IMG/VR virus record: IMGVR_UViG_3300006201_000003
Location: 95 to 64,094 of that record
Length of the DNA stretch: 64,000 bases
Direction: 5' to 3' (one strand)
Origin: a virus
Taxonomy: Duplodnaviria > Heunggongvirae > Uroviricota > Caudoviricetes
The position numbers were made by a program, and so were the translations under genes. Below are positions 38,914 to 48,198 of the stretch, one piece after another. The stretch's first letter is position 1. The number at the start of each line of letters is the position of its first letter. The notes under the pieces were generated by a model. It saw only the letters and a program-made list of their open reading frames with translations. It was not told where the DNA came from and searched no databases.

Positions 38914-39183
38914 TTGTATAGAATTGTGAAAGATGGGTCTGTTATGGCCTATGTTGAGCAGCCACATTACATTCGGCTGCATACAAATGGTTGCTTCGTG
39001 AAGACAACCGAGGAAAATGCACAAGGAATCGCTATTCAAAGCATTCCATATCATCTGCTGGGGAAAGAAGATCTTCCAGGCGCTGTAGCTACAGTTGCTA
39101 TCTCTGAGGTTGACGGTGGTGCTGTGCTTATTAACCAGCAGGACAGCATTAACGAACTGATTCAGACTGTGTTGGAGGGATAA
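38914..39183 (+). CDS. Small hypothetical tail-fibre accessory protein
   Basis: TTG start after AAGGAG; operon context. Confidence 0.55.
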   Translation: MYRIVKDGSVMAYVEQPHYIRLHTNGCFVKTTEENAQGIAIQSIPYHLLGKEDLPGAVATVAISEVDGGAVLINQQDSINELIQTVLEG

Positions 39184-39186
39184 GAG

Positions 39187-39780
39187 ATGAAAGAGAGATT
39201 GAGTGTCCTGTATCAGAATGGGCAAAACGGCATCAGCCCATCCGTGAGTGCAAACGGTCTTTTGAGTGCTGTGGCGAAGGGATGGATCACCATTGAAGAT
39301 GCTGTTGAAATTATTGGTTCTGATCAGTCAACGGAGATTATTCGTGCAGCGAAGATTGCAGAGATTTCTACTGCTTGTAATGCCACCATTGTGTCTGGTA
39401 TTGATCTGGAACTTTCAGACGGCAAGGTGCATTTTAATCTGAGCATTGAAGACCAAAGCAATATTGCCAACCTGTTCCGTGTGGTTGAGTTGGGTGGCAC
39501 TGAGTTCCCTTATCAGGCAGATGGTGGTGTTTGTCGTGTTTATAGCGCCCAGGAAATCGCTAAAATCTACATTGCAGCTCAGAGCGCTATCACAACACAG
39601 ACCACATACCACAATGCGTTGAAAGCATATGTGCAGTCTCTGGAAGATGTCGAAACCATCGCTACCGTACAGTATGGAATGACTCTGCCAGATCCGTATG
39701 CCAGCGAGGTCGCTGAAAAGCTGTCAGTTGCACAGACTCAGATGGACGCTATTGTGCAAAGAATGGGCGAGACTACATGA
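39187..39780 (+). CDS. DUF4376-like tail fibre assembly/accessory protein
   Basis: HFNLSIEDQSNI..YQADG..YHNALKAY pattern. Confidence 0.6.
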   Translation: MKERLSVLYQNGQNGISPSVSANGLLSAVAKGWITIEDAVEIIGSDQSTEIIRAAKIAEISTACNATIVSGIDLELSDGKVHFNLSIEDQSNIANLFRVVELGGTEFPYQADGGVCRVYSAQEIAKIYIAAQSAITTQTTYHNALKAYVQSLEDVETIATVQYGMTLPDPYASEVAEKLSVAQTQMDAIVQRMGETT

Positions 39781-39956
39781 GTGATATTGAGCTGATTTCC
39801 GAACTGACGGATATTTGCATTTGTCAGGCGGAGATCATCAAAGCACAAGCCTATATGTTGGAACAACTTGGAGCTGAAATCAAAGAGGAAGAGGCACTGC
39901 GAGAGCGTAACAGACTGAAAGCAATCGCAGGAGAATGGGAGGAGGACACACAATGA
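39777..39956 (+). CDS. 59-aa hypothetical protein (below ORF-track cutoff)
   Basis: ATGA overlaps at both ends; MSDIELISELTDIC...EWEEDTQ fills the gap exactly. Confidence 0.6.
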   Translation: MSDIELISELTDICICQAEIIKAQAYMLEQLGAEIKEEEALRERNRLKAIAGEWEEDTQ

Positions 39957-40402
39957 AAAAAGAACGGGTAGGGAAATGGGTGCTGTCCGCCTTGCTTTGG
40001 ATGTGGACAGGTGGTATCTACTTTTTCATTGAGGTAATTTGGAAGACCGCTCAAGGTAGGCCAGAGACAATCAGCTGGACAATGTTTGCGCTGGCTATTA
40101 TTCTTGCGGTTCCTTTGGAGCGGTTTGGAGCAGAGCTTCCTTGGGGAATGCCGCTTATTTGGCAGTCGTGTATCTGTGCCATTGCGATTACTGTGGTTGA
40201 GTTTATTGCTGGATTGATTTTGAACGTCTGGCTTGGCCTTGGTGTATGGGACTACTCTGGTATGGCCGGCAACGTGCTTGGTCAGATATGCCCTCAATTT
40301 CTGATTGTGTGGCTTATTTTGTCTGTGGTTGGAATCGTTATGTTGGACTGGATGAGATATGCGGTCGAGAGTGGAGATAGGCCACATTATACATTGATTT
40401 AA
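39953..40402 (+). CDS. Multi-pass membrane protein (putative ABC-permease/CmpB-like family)
   Basis: Four hydrophobic segments; VWDYS..GNVLGQIC motif. Confidence 0.7.
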   Translation: MKKERVGKWVLSALLWMWTGGIYFFIEVIWKTAQGRPETISWTMFALAIILAVPLERFGAELPWGMPLIWQSCICAIAITVVEFIAGLILNVWLGLGVWDYSGMAGNVLGQICPQFLIVWLILSVVGIVMLDWMRYAVESGDRPHYTLI

Positions 40403-40420
40403 GGAAAGAGGTGATGGCGC

Positions 40421-40900
40421 ATGGGTGAAGCGAGTTTTGCAACGATCTTGGCAGGCGGCGTGACATTGAGTGGCGGCGGTGGAGCTGGTCAAACCGTTAT
40501 TCAGGGGATCAGCAAAATTGAAGCAGACGGACTGAATCTGATTTTCACCACGGATAGCGGCGATAAGGTCACGGTGACATTCCCAGAACCAAAAGCTGGT
40601 GCTTCTGTAAGCGGCGTTGAAATCAATGCGAACAACCATCTGGTCGTGACTTTGAGTGACGGTACAGAGGTGGATGCTGGTGATATGCCTACTGCAACAG
40701 AGCGTAAACCAGTTGAGTTTGAAATCAACACTGCCAGTGATACATGGAGCTTACAGCATAATCTGAACAATCAGCACCCGACCATCCTTTGCTTTGACGG
40801 TGATGGCGATACCATTTTTGGCAGTATCGAATACTACAGCCAAAACCTGTCTGTCGTACACTTCGATATTCCCGTCAAAGGCAAAGCTGTTGTAAAATAA
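40421..40900 (+). CDS. Fibre/head-associated structural protein
   Basis: SGVEINANNHLVVTLSDG repeat, WSLQHNLN C-terminal domain. Confidence 0.55.
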   Translation: MGEASFATILAGGVTLSGGGGAGQTVIQGISKIEADGLNLIFTTDSGDKVTVTFPEPKAGASVSGVEINANNHLVVTLSDGTEVDAGDMPTATERKPVEFEINTASDTWSLQHNLNNQHPTILCFDGDGDTIFGSIEYYSQNLSVVHFDIPVKGKAVVK

Positions 40901-40933
40901 CGAACCGTTGAAAAAAAGAAGGAGGAAACTACA

Positions 40934-41641
40934 ATGGAGAAGATTTATAAGAACATTGCTCTGATGACTACTCCCACGGATGAGAAGCATCTGGTGAACA
41001 AAGGCTATGTGGACGCCGCTATGAACCGCAAAATCAAGGACGCTGTGGTGGCCGTGGCTACTCAGGATTTGGATGCCACCTATGATTCTACCGCCAAGAC
41101 GCTGACCCAGAATACCGCCGCCGCTCTGGTGCTGGACGGTGTGACTTTGGCTGCTGGCGACCGTGTGCTGGTTGCAGGCCAGACCGACGCCACACAGAAC
41201 GGTATCTACACTGTAACCACTCTGGGTGACGATAGCACCACCACTGTGCTGACCCGCGCTGCTGATTTTGATGACACCGCAGACATTGCTCTGAACGTCA
41301 TTATCCCCGTGATGCAGGGCGATCAGAATGGCGATACCAACTGGCAGCTTGTGAATGATACTGCCGCTACGCTGGATGCCACTGCTCTTTCCTTCGCCAA
41401 GTTCAAGGGTAGTGAGGGTGCTCTGGTGTTCACCACGACCATCACTGGCGATGGTGCCGCTAAGGAGTTCCCCGTCTCTCACGGGCTGAATAGTGAGGCT
41501 GTGACCGTCTCTGTCGTGGATGCGGCCACCAAGGAGCAGTGCTACTTCGGTGTGGAAATTACCAGCGCCAATGTCGTGACCATCAAGAGTGATGTGGTTC
41601 TGGAGAACACGGATAGCTTTGTTGTCACTGTTATGGGCTAA
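40934..41641 (+). CDS. Head/tail fibre-like structural protein
   Basis: LDGVTLAAGDRVLVAGQTDATQNGIY motif; C-terminal HGLN domain. Confidence 0.6.
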   Translation: MEKIYKNIALMTTPTDEKHLVNKGYVDAAMNRKIKDAVVAVATQDLDATYDSTAKTLTQNTAAALVLDGVTLAAGDRVLVAGQTDATQNGIYTVTTLGDDSTTTVLTRAADFDDTADIALNVIIPVMQGDQNGDTNWQLVNDTAATLDATALSFAKFKGSEGALVFTTTITGDGAAKEFPVSHGLNSEAVTVSVVDAATKEQCYFGVEITSANVVTIKSDVVLENTDSFVVTVMG

Positions 41642-41723
41642 TCTTCAAGGGCGGAGGGATACAATCCCCCCCCCGCCCTATCTGCATCAAAAAATAGTTT
41701 TATTCTGAAATCGGAAAGGAGGA

Positions 41724-43340
41724 ATGAGCGTGAAGGTTTATGAAAGCGTCGATATGAACGGACAGCCGATTGAGAATTGCCCATCTATCACCGATGAAGT
41801 TGCCGTACAGATTGACCAGCTTGCAGATGAAAAGGTGAAGCTGTGGGTAATTCCATCCTATGAGCGGGAGGTTACAGTTGAAGTCCCTGTCGAGGGGAGC
41901 GAGACTGGTGAAACCACAACGGAAACCTATATCGAAACTGTTCCAGCCTCCATTCTCTATCGTGGTGAGGACGGTAAATTTCACGGCATAGATTCTATCG
42001 CTGGTGCGCCAGGAGTAGACGGAGCAGACGGCGTTTCTCCTACTGTCAGTCTGGATGACATTCTGGGAGCAGACGGCGAGAAAATTGGTGTGAAGCTGTC
42101 TGTCACGGATAAGGATAGCACAAAGTCTACAAACATTTTGTATGGCGCAAAGGGAGAGACTGGCGTTGGAATTACATCCATTGACAAAACGGGAACGGCA
42201 GGACTGGTAGACACCTATACCATTACCTTTTCTGACAACACCACAACAACATTCTGTATCACAAATGCCAGCTCGGTTGAGAAGTTGAGTCAGCTTGAAA
42301 ACGACAGTGGTTTCATCACAGACACCGTGAACAACTTGGTAAACTATTATACCAAGGAACAGACCTATACAAAGGAAGAGGTCATGGAGCTTCTATCCAA
42401 ACTATCTGCCGGACTCTCCACCAAGATTGTTTCGGAACTGCCTGACGCTGCTACTGATGAAATTAGCCTGTCCACGATCTATCTGGTGCGTGTGGGCGAA
42501 AGTAATGTCTACACTCAGTATATGTGGATTAGTGGCGGATGGGCAAACCTGGGCACAACCGCTGTCAATTTGGAGAACTACTATACCAAAGGTGAGATCG
42601 ACACCAAACTTGGGCTGTATGTTTCCACAACGGCTTTACTTGCGATTTTGGAGAGCTATGTGAAAACGGCAGAGTTGGCGAAGGTTGCCTTATCTGGTGA
42701 CTACAATGACCTAAAAAATATCCCTGTGATTCCTGATTTGAGTGGGGTTGCTTCTACAGCATATGTAGATAACAAGGCATCAGAAATTGAAGGTAAGATT
42801 CCTGATGTAAGCGATTTCCGAAAGAAAACTGACGCTATCCAGTACAGCGAAATCAGTGGTACACCTGTTGTGGATACCGCACTCTCTGCAACCAGTACAA
42901 ATGCTGTGCAGAACAAGGTGATACAGGCGGCACTTGATAAAGCTCAATACTATCAGGCTGGAGAAACAGTAAATGTATCTGGTATGTATGCCGCAGGGCA
43001 TATAACTAATAACGCTAATCGCGTACAATTCTTTATTCCGTTGCCACGAGATATTACAAAACGAACCGTTACTCTTAATACCCCTTGGGTGTTAAGTATT
43101 CGTGGTACAAATGGAATAAGTTATCTGATGCCAAGTGCTACTGCTAACAACTACCTATATAATCAACTGACCTCTGATGCTTATGGGAACATGGTTACTA
43201 TCCTTATATCGAAACATACGAATGGTTTGGCGGTTACTTTCCAGTCAACAACGAAGTGGTATAGCTCCAGAAACAATGAGCAGGTCAATAACGCGCCAGT
43301 TACAGTAGAGATAGCAACCATGTCCTTCAAACTAACCTAA
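41724..43340 (+). CDS. Collagen-like fibre protein with putative C-terminal receptor-binding domain
   Basis: GxxGxxG triplets, YYTKEQ/YYTKGE repeats, VALSGDYNDL motif. Confidence 0.65.
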   Translation: MSVKVYESVDMNGQPIENCPSITDEVAVQIDQLADEKVKLWVIPSYEREVTVEVPVEGSETGETTTETYIETVPASILYRGEDGKFHGIDSIAGAPGVDGADGVSPTVSLDDILGADGEKIGVKLSVTDKDSTKSTNILYGAKGETGVGITSIDKTGTAGLVDTYTITFSDNTTTTFCITNASSVEKLSQLENDSGFITDTVNNLVNYYTKEQTYTKEEVMELLSKLSAGLSTKIVSELPDAATDEISLSTIYLVRVGESNVYTQYMWISGGWANLGTTAVNLENYYTKGEIDTKLGLYVSTTALLAILESYVKTAELAKVALSGDYNDLKNIPVIPDLSGVASTAYVDNKASEIEGKIPDVSDFRKKTDAIQYSEISGTPVVDTALSATSTNAVQNKVIQAALDKAQYYQAGETVNVSGMYAAGHITNNANRVQFFIPLPRDITKRTVTLNTPWVLSIRGTNGISYLMPSATANNYLYNQLTSDAYGNMVTILISKHTNGLAVTFQSTTKWYSSRNNEQVNNAPVTVEIATMSFKLT

Positions 43341-43458
43341 GCTGGAAAGTGAATAAAAGTACAATTTGGTTTGGCGAATGAGGTTGGAAATGGCTCCCGA
43401 CACTCCAGCAATGGAACCTGAGATGCAGGATATGCCGCCCTGCTATTCGCCAAATATC

Positions 43459-43488
43459 AAGCCCAGTAGAGAGATCTACTGGGCTTTT
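43459..43488 (+). terminator. Perfect 12-bp hairpin (terminator/attenuator) before recombinase
   Basis: AAGCCCAGTAGA-GAGA-TCTACTGGGCTT then TT. Confidence 0.65.
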
Positions 43489-43520
43489 CCCATATCCAGA
43501 TAGTAGAAAGGAGGGGCTAT

Positions 43521-44546
43521 ATGGGACGAAAAACAAAGCAAAACAAAATCACTTCACCTGAGTTGATCGCCCAGATCAATCCGAAGAACATTCGGCTGAT
43601 GAATGACTTTCTGGACTATCTGAGGTCGGTCGGCAAAGCGGAGTCTACCGTGAAAGCGTATACAAGCGATCTCTATATCTTTTTTGTGTGGGTGCTTCAA
43701 AATGCTTACAATAAATATTTCCCAGAGGTTAGTAAACGAGATATTGTTGCTTATCAAAACTGGCTGTTGCGGGACAATGAAAATTCTCCGGCTCGTGTGC
43801 GCCGGCTGAAGGCAACACTTTCCTCTCTCAGCAATTACATTGAAGCAATTTTGGATGATGAACTTCCAGGATTTCGTTCAATCGTTCGGAAGATTGAAAA
43901 CCCAATCAATGAACCAACCAGAGAGAAAACAGTGCTTACTGATGAACAAGCTGATACTCTGCTGGAGTATCTGGTTAGTCGTAAACAGTATGAGAAAGCC
44001 TGTTGCTTTGCATTGGCACGGTACTCTGGACGGCGCAAGTCTGAGCTACCGAGGTTCAAAGTGTCATATTTCGACGATGACAACATCATCTATGGTTCAC
44101 TTTACAAAACACCTGAAAAGGTTAAGACCAAAGGGCGTGGCGTAAATGGCAAGATGTTGACGTGCTATGTGCTTTCTAAGCCGTTCAAACCGTACTTCGA
44201 TCTGTGGATGCGGAAACGAGCGGAGCTTGGTATTGAAAGCGAATGGCTCTTCCCAGACAAAGACGATCCTACTCAGCCAATTCCCATTTCAACACTGAAT
44301 AGTTGGGCAGAGACATTCTCTAATATTTTGGATATCCCAGTGTATTGGCATAGTCTTCGGCATTTTTTCACGACTTCTCTTGCCAAAGCTAACTTGCCTG
44401 ACTCTGTAATCAAAACCATCATTGGATGGGAGAGCTTAGAGATGGTGGAAATTTACAAGGATATCGACGACGAAGAGGAAATCGGGAAGTATTTCCAGGA
44501 TGGAGAAATTGTCGGACAGAAGCAGACGAGCCTATCTGATCTGTAA
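43521..44546 (+). CDS. Tyrosine recombinase (XerC/D-like with SAM-like N-domain)
   Basis: Catalytic residues present: SGRRKSEL (R), KTKGRG (K), HSLRH, GW..EMVEIY. Confidence 0.88.
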   Translation: MGRKTKQNKITSPELIAQINPKNIRLMNDFLDYLRSVGKAESTVKAYTSDLYIFFVWVLQNAYNKYFPEVSKRDIVAYQNWLLRDNENSPARVRRLKATLSSLSNYIEAILDDELPGFRSIVRKIENPINEPTREKTVLTDEQADTLLEYLVSRKQYEKACCFALARYSGRRKSELPRFKVSYFDDDNIIYGSLYKTPEKVKTKGRGVNGKMLTCYVLSKPFKPYFDLWMRKRAELGIESEWLFPDKDDPTQPIPISTLNSWAETFSNILDIPVYWHSLRHFFTTSLAKANLPDSVIKTIIGWESLEMVEIYKDIDDEEEIGKYFQDGEIVGQKQTSLSDL

Positions 44547-44558
44547 GGGGGCGAGTAT

Positions 44559-45290
44559 ATGAATGAGTTTGTAATCCATGATTATCTCATAGCTAAGGGT
44601 TTGAATGAGTATGGTGTAGCAGGTCTTATTGGAAACTTATTCGCTGAAAGCGGACTGAACCCCCGAAACTTACAGAACAGCTACGAGAAATCCCTTGCCT
44701 TGAACGATAACGCCTATGTTGCAGCCGTAGACAATGGCACATATACAAACTTTGTGCATGATAAGGCGGGGTTTGGATTGGCGCAATGGACTTATTGGAG
44801 CCGCAAGCAAAATCTTCTTAATTTTGCGAGGGCTGCTGGTAAATCTATTGGGGATCTGATTATGCAGTTGGATTTCTTGTGGAAAGAATTGTCAGAGTGT
44901 TATCCTGGTGTTGTGGCTGTTTTGAAGTCTGCTACCTCTGTGCTGGAGGCGTCAAATGCTGTATTGCTGAACTATGAGAGGCCAGCAAATCAGAGTGAGG
45001 GTGTTCAGACTAAGCGGGCTGAGTATGGGCAGCGATATTATGATCAGCTTGCTACGGTCAATCTTGAAGAGTTTACAAAGCTCTTTCAAGAAATGAGATC
45101 CAATTTGCAGGACAATGACGCTGGCGACTGGAGTACGGATGCCAGACAATGGGCGGTAAGCACTGGTTTGATTGCTGGTAATGGTACGACTATCAATGGA
45201 GTCCCTAACTATATGTGGCAAGACTTTTTAACAAGAGAGCAGTTTGCTGTTGTACTCTACCGATTCTCGCAGTTGATAGGAAGCCTCTGA
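44559..45290 (+). CDS. Phage-tail-lysozyme-family muramidase with SLH-like C-terminus
   Basis: GNLFAESG, GFGLAQWT, YERPA motifs. Confidence 0.8.
   Translation: MNEFVIHDYLIAKGLNEYGVAGLIGNLFAESGLNPRNLQNSYEKSLALNDNAYVAAVDNGTYTNFVHDKAGFGLAQWTYWSRKQNLLNFARAAGKSIGDLIMQLDFLWKELSECYPGVVAVLKSATSVLEASNAVLLNYERPANQSEGVQTKRAEYGQRYYDQLATVNLEEFTKLFQEMRSNLQDNDAGDWSTDARQWAVSTGLIAGNGTTINGVPNYMWQDFLTREQFAVVLYRFSQLIGSL
45107..45134 (+). repeat. 28-bp exact repeat, copy 1 (copy 2 at 46541-46568)
   Basis: GCAGGACAATGACGCTGGCGACTGGAGT in both lysin genes. Confidence 0.9.
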
Positions 45291-45355
45291 TTTATATATC
45301 AGACTGGCTTCCTATTTTGCTAACCAATATTCAGAAAAAGTTTTGAGGTGAAAAC

Positions 45356-45640
45356 ATGGTCAATGTAAATAACATCGTTCCCCGTAATGGGTACTTGGTG
45401 GATGGCGCAACAGGACAGAGGGTTCTGTTTTATGAGTGTGATCCCACAAAGAACACGGAATGTACCAGAAAGATTTGTCGGGCTGATGCGGAAGAGGACG
45501 AAGGTAGCTTTGGGTTTTGTTCTAAGACTGTCAACCCCAACTTTCGCAAAGAGGGTGGCAAAGCATGGTATGCCGTGCTGAAGACACCAGATGATGGAGG
45601 AGAGCCTTACTGGGGCAGAGAGTATGTAGAGGTGGATTGA
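45356..45640 (+). CDS. Cys-containing hypothetical protein
   Basis: RBS GAGGTG; between the two lysins. Confidence 0.55.
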   Translation: MVNVNNIVPRNGYLVDGATGQRVLFYECDPTKNTECTRKICRADAEEDEGSFGFCSKTVNPNFRKEGGKAWYAVLKTPDDGGEPYWGREYVEVD

Positions 45641-45641
45641 T

Positions 45642-46724
45642 ATGATGACGGTTCAAGAATGTATCAATTATGTTGAGAGCCATTTGGAAATCCGTCCTGC
45701 AACAAGCAACGGAGCATATACCAGCGGCAGAACGATTACACCTGCGGGATGCGTAAATCATTCTGTTGGATGTGCCCAACCATCAGCCGATGTGTTTTTT
45801 AAGAATATGAACAAAGGGAGTGCTGGTTGGGGAGTAAATGCTATCCTGGGTGACTTCCACAAAGGTGAGGGAAAGATTATTCTTGCTTTGAACTGGAATA
45901 CTCGTCCATGGGGATGTGGAACAGGCAGCAAAGGATCTTGGAACAATACAAAGGTGCAGTGGGAGATTACGGAGCCTGCTGGTCATACTTATGCGGGCGG
46001 CACTATGATTGGATACGATGTGGCAAAAAACCAGCAATTTTTTGATCGTATGTGGAAGATGGTTGTAGCCTGGAATGTCTATATGGTCAAGAAGTTCGGC
46101 TACCCTGTTTCTGGCATCAGCGATCATGCTGAGTCGCATAAGGCTGGTTATGGTTCTAACCATGGTGATGTTGGACATTGGTGGCCGAAGCATGGTAAGA
46201 GTATGGATGCGCTACGTAAAGAAGTCCAGGAAATTCTCAATGGTGGTGGCGACATCATCTCGTCAGAGCAAGGTGCAACTGTTAATTACCAATGTAAAGT
46301 TACCGCTAAGGACGGCTTGAACTGTAGGCCGGAGCCGTCACAAAATCCGGTGCTCACAACATATCCATATGGAACGACGCTGGTTATCAGCAAAGAGAAA
46401 AATGGGTGGGGTTTCACTGGCCTTGGCTGGGTTTCACTTAAATATGTTGAAAAAATTACTACAACTGAAGCTACAAAGGAGGATGAGGACATGGACGTGA
46501 ATCGGTTTACTGAACTGTGGAAAGAAATGCGGAGCACATGGCAGGACAATGACGCTGGCGACTGGAGTGCAAAGGCTCGTGAGTGGGCAACTACAAACGG
46601 TTTGATTGCCGGCAACGGAACGACCATCAACGGCGAACCAAACTGTATGTGGGCTGATATGCTTACCCGTGAGCAGTTTGTAGCAGTGCTTTATCGGTTT
46701 GCTCAACTGATGGGCAAGGCGTAA
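45642..46724 (+). CDS. Endolysin: N-acetylmuramoyl-L-alanine amidase + SH3 + SLH-like domain
   Basis: NHSVG, QWEITE, SDHAE, NHGD Zn-amidase motifs; GLNCR..GWVSLKYV SH3 segment. Confidence 0.85.
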   Translation: MMTVQECINYVESHLEIRPATSNGAYTSGRTITPAGCVNHSVGCAQPSADVFFKNMNKGSAGWGVNAILGDFHKGEGKIILALNWNTRPWGCGTGSKGSWNNTKVQWEITEPAGHTYAGGTMIGYDVAKNQQFFDRMWKMVVAWNVYMVKKFGYPVSGISDHAESHKAGYGSNHGDVGHWWPKHGKSMDALRKEVQEILNGGGDIISSEQGATVNYQCKVTAKDGLNCRPEPSQNPVLTTYPYGTTLVISKEKNGWGFTGLGWVSLKYVEKITTTEATKEDEDMDVNRFTELWKEMRSTWQDNDAGDWSAKAREWATTNGLIAGNGTTINGEPNCMWADMLTREQFVAVLYRFAQLMGKA

Positions 46725-46735
46725 GAGGTAGCGGT

Positions 46736-47074
46736 ATGGTTGTTTTTGGTGGAGGCGGAAAAAGGCTGGCAAAGCCCAAAACAGCCAAAAAGGATTTTTC
46801 CAAAAGGCTGATTTCGGACATTAGGTGGCTGCTGTGGGTGGTAACTCTTGGAGGTATCGTCCTGGCAGCTTATTGTGTTCGTAAAGGGTATACTGGTTCT
46901 TTGCCCTGGCTTAGTGCCATGGTAGGACTTCCTTGGACTGCTCATGGTGTTGTATGCTCGTTCTATCTCAATATGGCAAAGTCAGATCACAGTGAGGGTG
47001 GTATCACTTTTGAGTCCGCCAAAGCAAGCAACTTTGAGATGGACACTGGTAGTGATGAAAGCCCGATGATTTGA
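46736..47074 (+). CDS. Two-TM membrane protein in lysis cassette
   Basis: KKDFSKRLI then two hydrophobic helices, FYLNMAK. Confidence 0.6.
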   Translation: MVVFGGGGKRLAKPKTAKKDFSKRLISDIRWLLWVVTLGGIVLAAYCVRKGYTGSLPWLSAMVGLPWTAHGVVCSFYLNMAKSDHSEGGITFESAKASNFEMDTGSDESPMI

Positions 47075-47088
47075 TAAGGAGAAAGAAA

Positions 47089-47382
47089 ATGGTTCGACTT
47101 TTTATTTCCCAGCCTATGCGGGGTAGATCTGATGAAGAGATCGTTGCAGAGCGGGAGTATGCAAAACTTGCCGCTGAAAGAATCTTGAAAGAGGAAGTTG
47201 AGGTTGTTGACAGCTTTTTTCAAGACAGCGATAGAAAGCCTTTGGAGTATTTGGGTGATAGCCTGAAACTCTTGGCTGGCGCTGATTGGGTATGGTTTTG
47301 TGAAGGATGGGAACAGGCCAGAGGGTGCAAAATCGAAAATTTGTGCGCTCGTGAATACGGCATTCCTATCATTCATGCGTAA
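47089..47382 (+). CDS. DUF4406/nucleoside deoxyribosyltransferase-like protein
   Basis: LFISQPMRG..ADWVWF..GWEQARGCKIE motif. Confidence 0.7.
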   Translation: MVRLFISQPMRGRSDEEIVAEREYAKLAAERILKEEVEVVDSFFQDSDRKPLEYLGDSLKLLAGADWVWFCEGWEQARGCKIENLCAREYGIPIIHA

Positions 47383-47403
47383 AAAAAAGGAGGATGATTA
47401 GAT

Positions 47404-47655
47404 ATGAAGATTATGCAGAAACTTACAAGTCGTAAACTGTGGGCCGCAGTTGCTGGTATTGTTACTGGTTTGGCTATGGTGTTTGGGCTGGACGAAAATG
47501 TGATTACCAGTATTGCTGGAGCGGTTGTTTCTTTGGCGTCTGTGATGACTTACATTGTTACTGAGGGACGCATCGACAAGGAAGCTGTGGGTAATACTGC
47601 GGGCCAAATTCAAGATGCCATTGATTCGATGCAAGGTTCTGAGGTGAAACAGTAA
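47404..47655 (+). CDS. Holin-like protein
   Basis: KLTSRKLW, two TM helices, YIVTEG..D. Confidence 0.7.
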   Translation: MKIMQKLTSRKLWAAVAGIVTGLAMVFGLDENVITSIAGAVVSLASVMTYIVTEGRIDKEAVGNTAGQIQDAIDSMQGSEVKQ

Positions 47656-48104
47656 TGACTCTCAAAGAAATTTTTCTGAATGGTGGCGGTGCCCTTGTAG
47701 TTGTTTTAACGATTCTTCAAATTGCGCCAATCAAGATTGATCCATGGGGTGCTATTGCTCGGTGGATTGGTCGGGCGCTGAATGGCGATGTGTTGAAGAA
47801 GCTGGATGAGCTGGAAGATGGGCAGGCCGATACAAGAGCGCAGCTGGAAGAGCATATCCGTGTAGACGACGAGCGTGATGCAAACTCTCGTCGTCGAAAT
47901 ATTCTTAACTTTAATGTTGAGTTGATGCGTGGAAAAAATTATACACATGAACACTTCATTGATATGCTTACAGATATCGACGAGTATGAGCGGTATTGCG
48001 AAGGGCACCCAGGATATAAGAACAACCGTGCTGTAATGGCGATTGCAAATATCAAGCGTGTGTATGAAGAGAACGAGAGAACAAATGGCTTCCTTAAAGT
48101 CTAA
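47655..48104 (+). CDS. Holin-associated membrane protein
   Basis: N-terminal TM, IKIDPW, coiled coil, YERYC..H..YKNN. Confidence 0.6.
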   Translation: MTLKEIFLNGGGALVVVLTILQIAPIKIDPWGAIARWIGRALNGDVLKKLDELEDGQADTRAQLEEHIRVDDERDANSRRRNILNFNVELMRGKNYTHEHFIDMLTDIDEYERYCEGHPGYKNNRAVMAIANIKRVYEENERTNGFLKV

Positions 48105-48113
48105 AATAAGCTG

Positions 48114-48155
48114 AGGGCGTAGGTATCAATTACGATACTTACGCCCTATTTTTTT
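48114..48155 (+). terminator. Terminator ending late operon
   Basis: AGGGCGTAGGTATC/GATACTTACGCCCT stem plus ATTTTTTT. Confidence 0.8.
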
Positions 48156-48198
48156 GCTCCGCAAGGAATTTGAAAACCACATCGAGCTTTTCTTCAAA

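Noticed and set aside
41648-41679. C9 run in a hairpin after 40934-41641 as a regulatory switch
   Set aside because: Intergenic 3' arm of a terminator-like stem; most simply slippage or a sequencing artefact, kept only as a caveat for the G9 call
41724-44546. Shufflon or invertible tail-fibre locus driven by the late recombinase
   Set aside because: No silent inverted cassettes or repeated crossover sites were seen in the window
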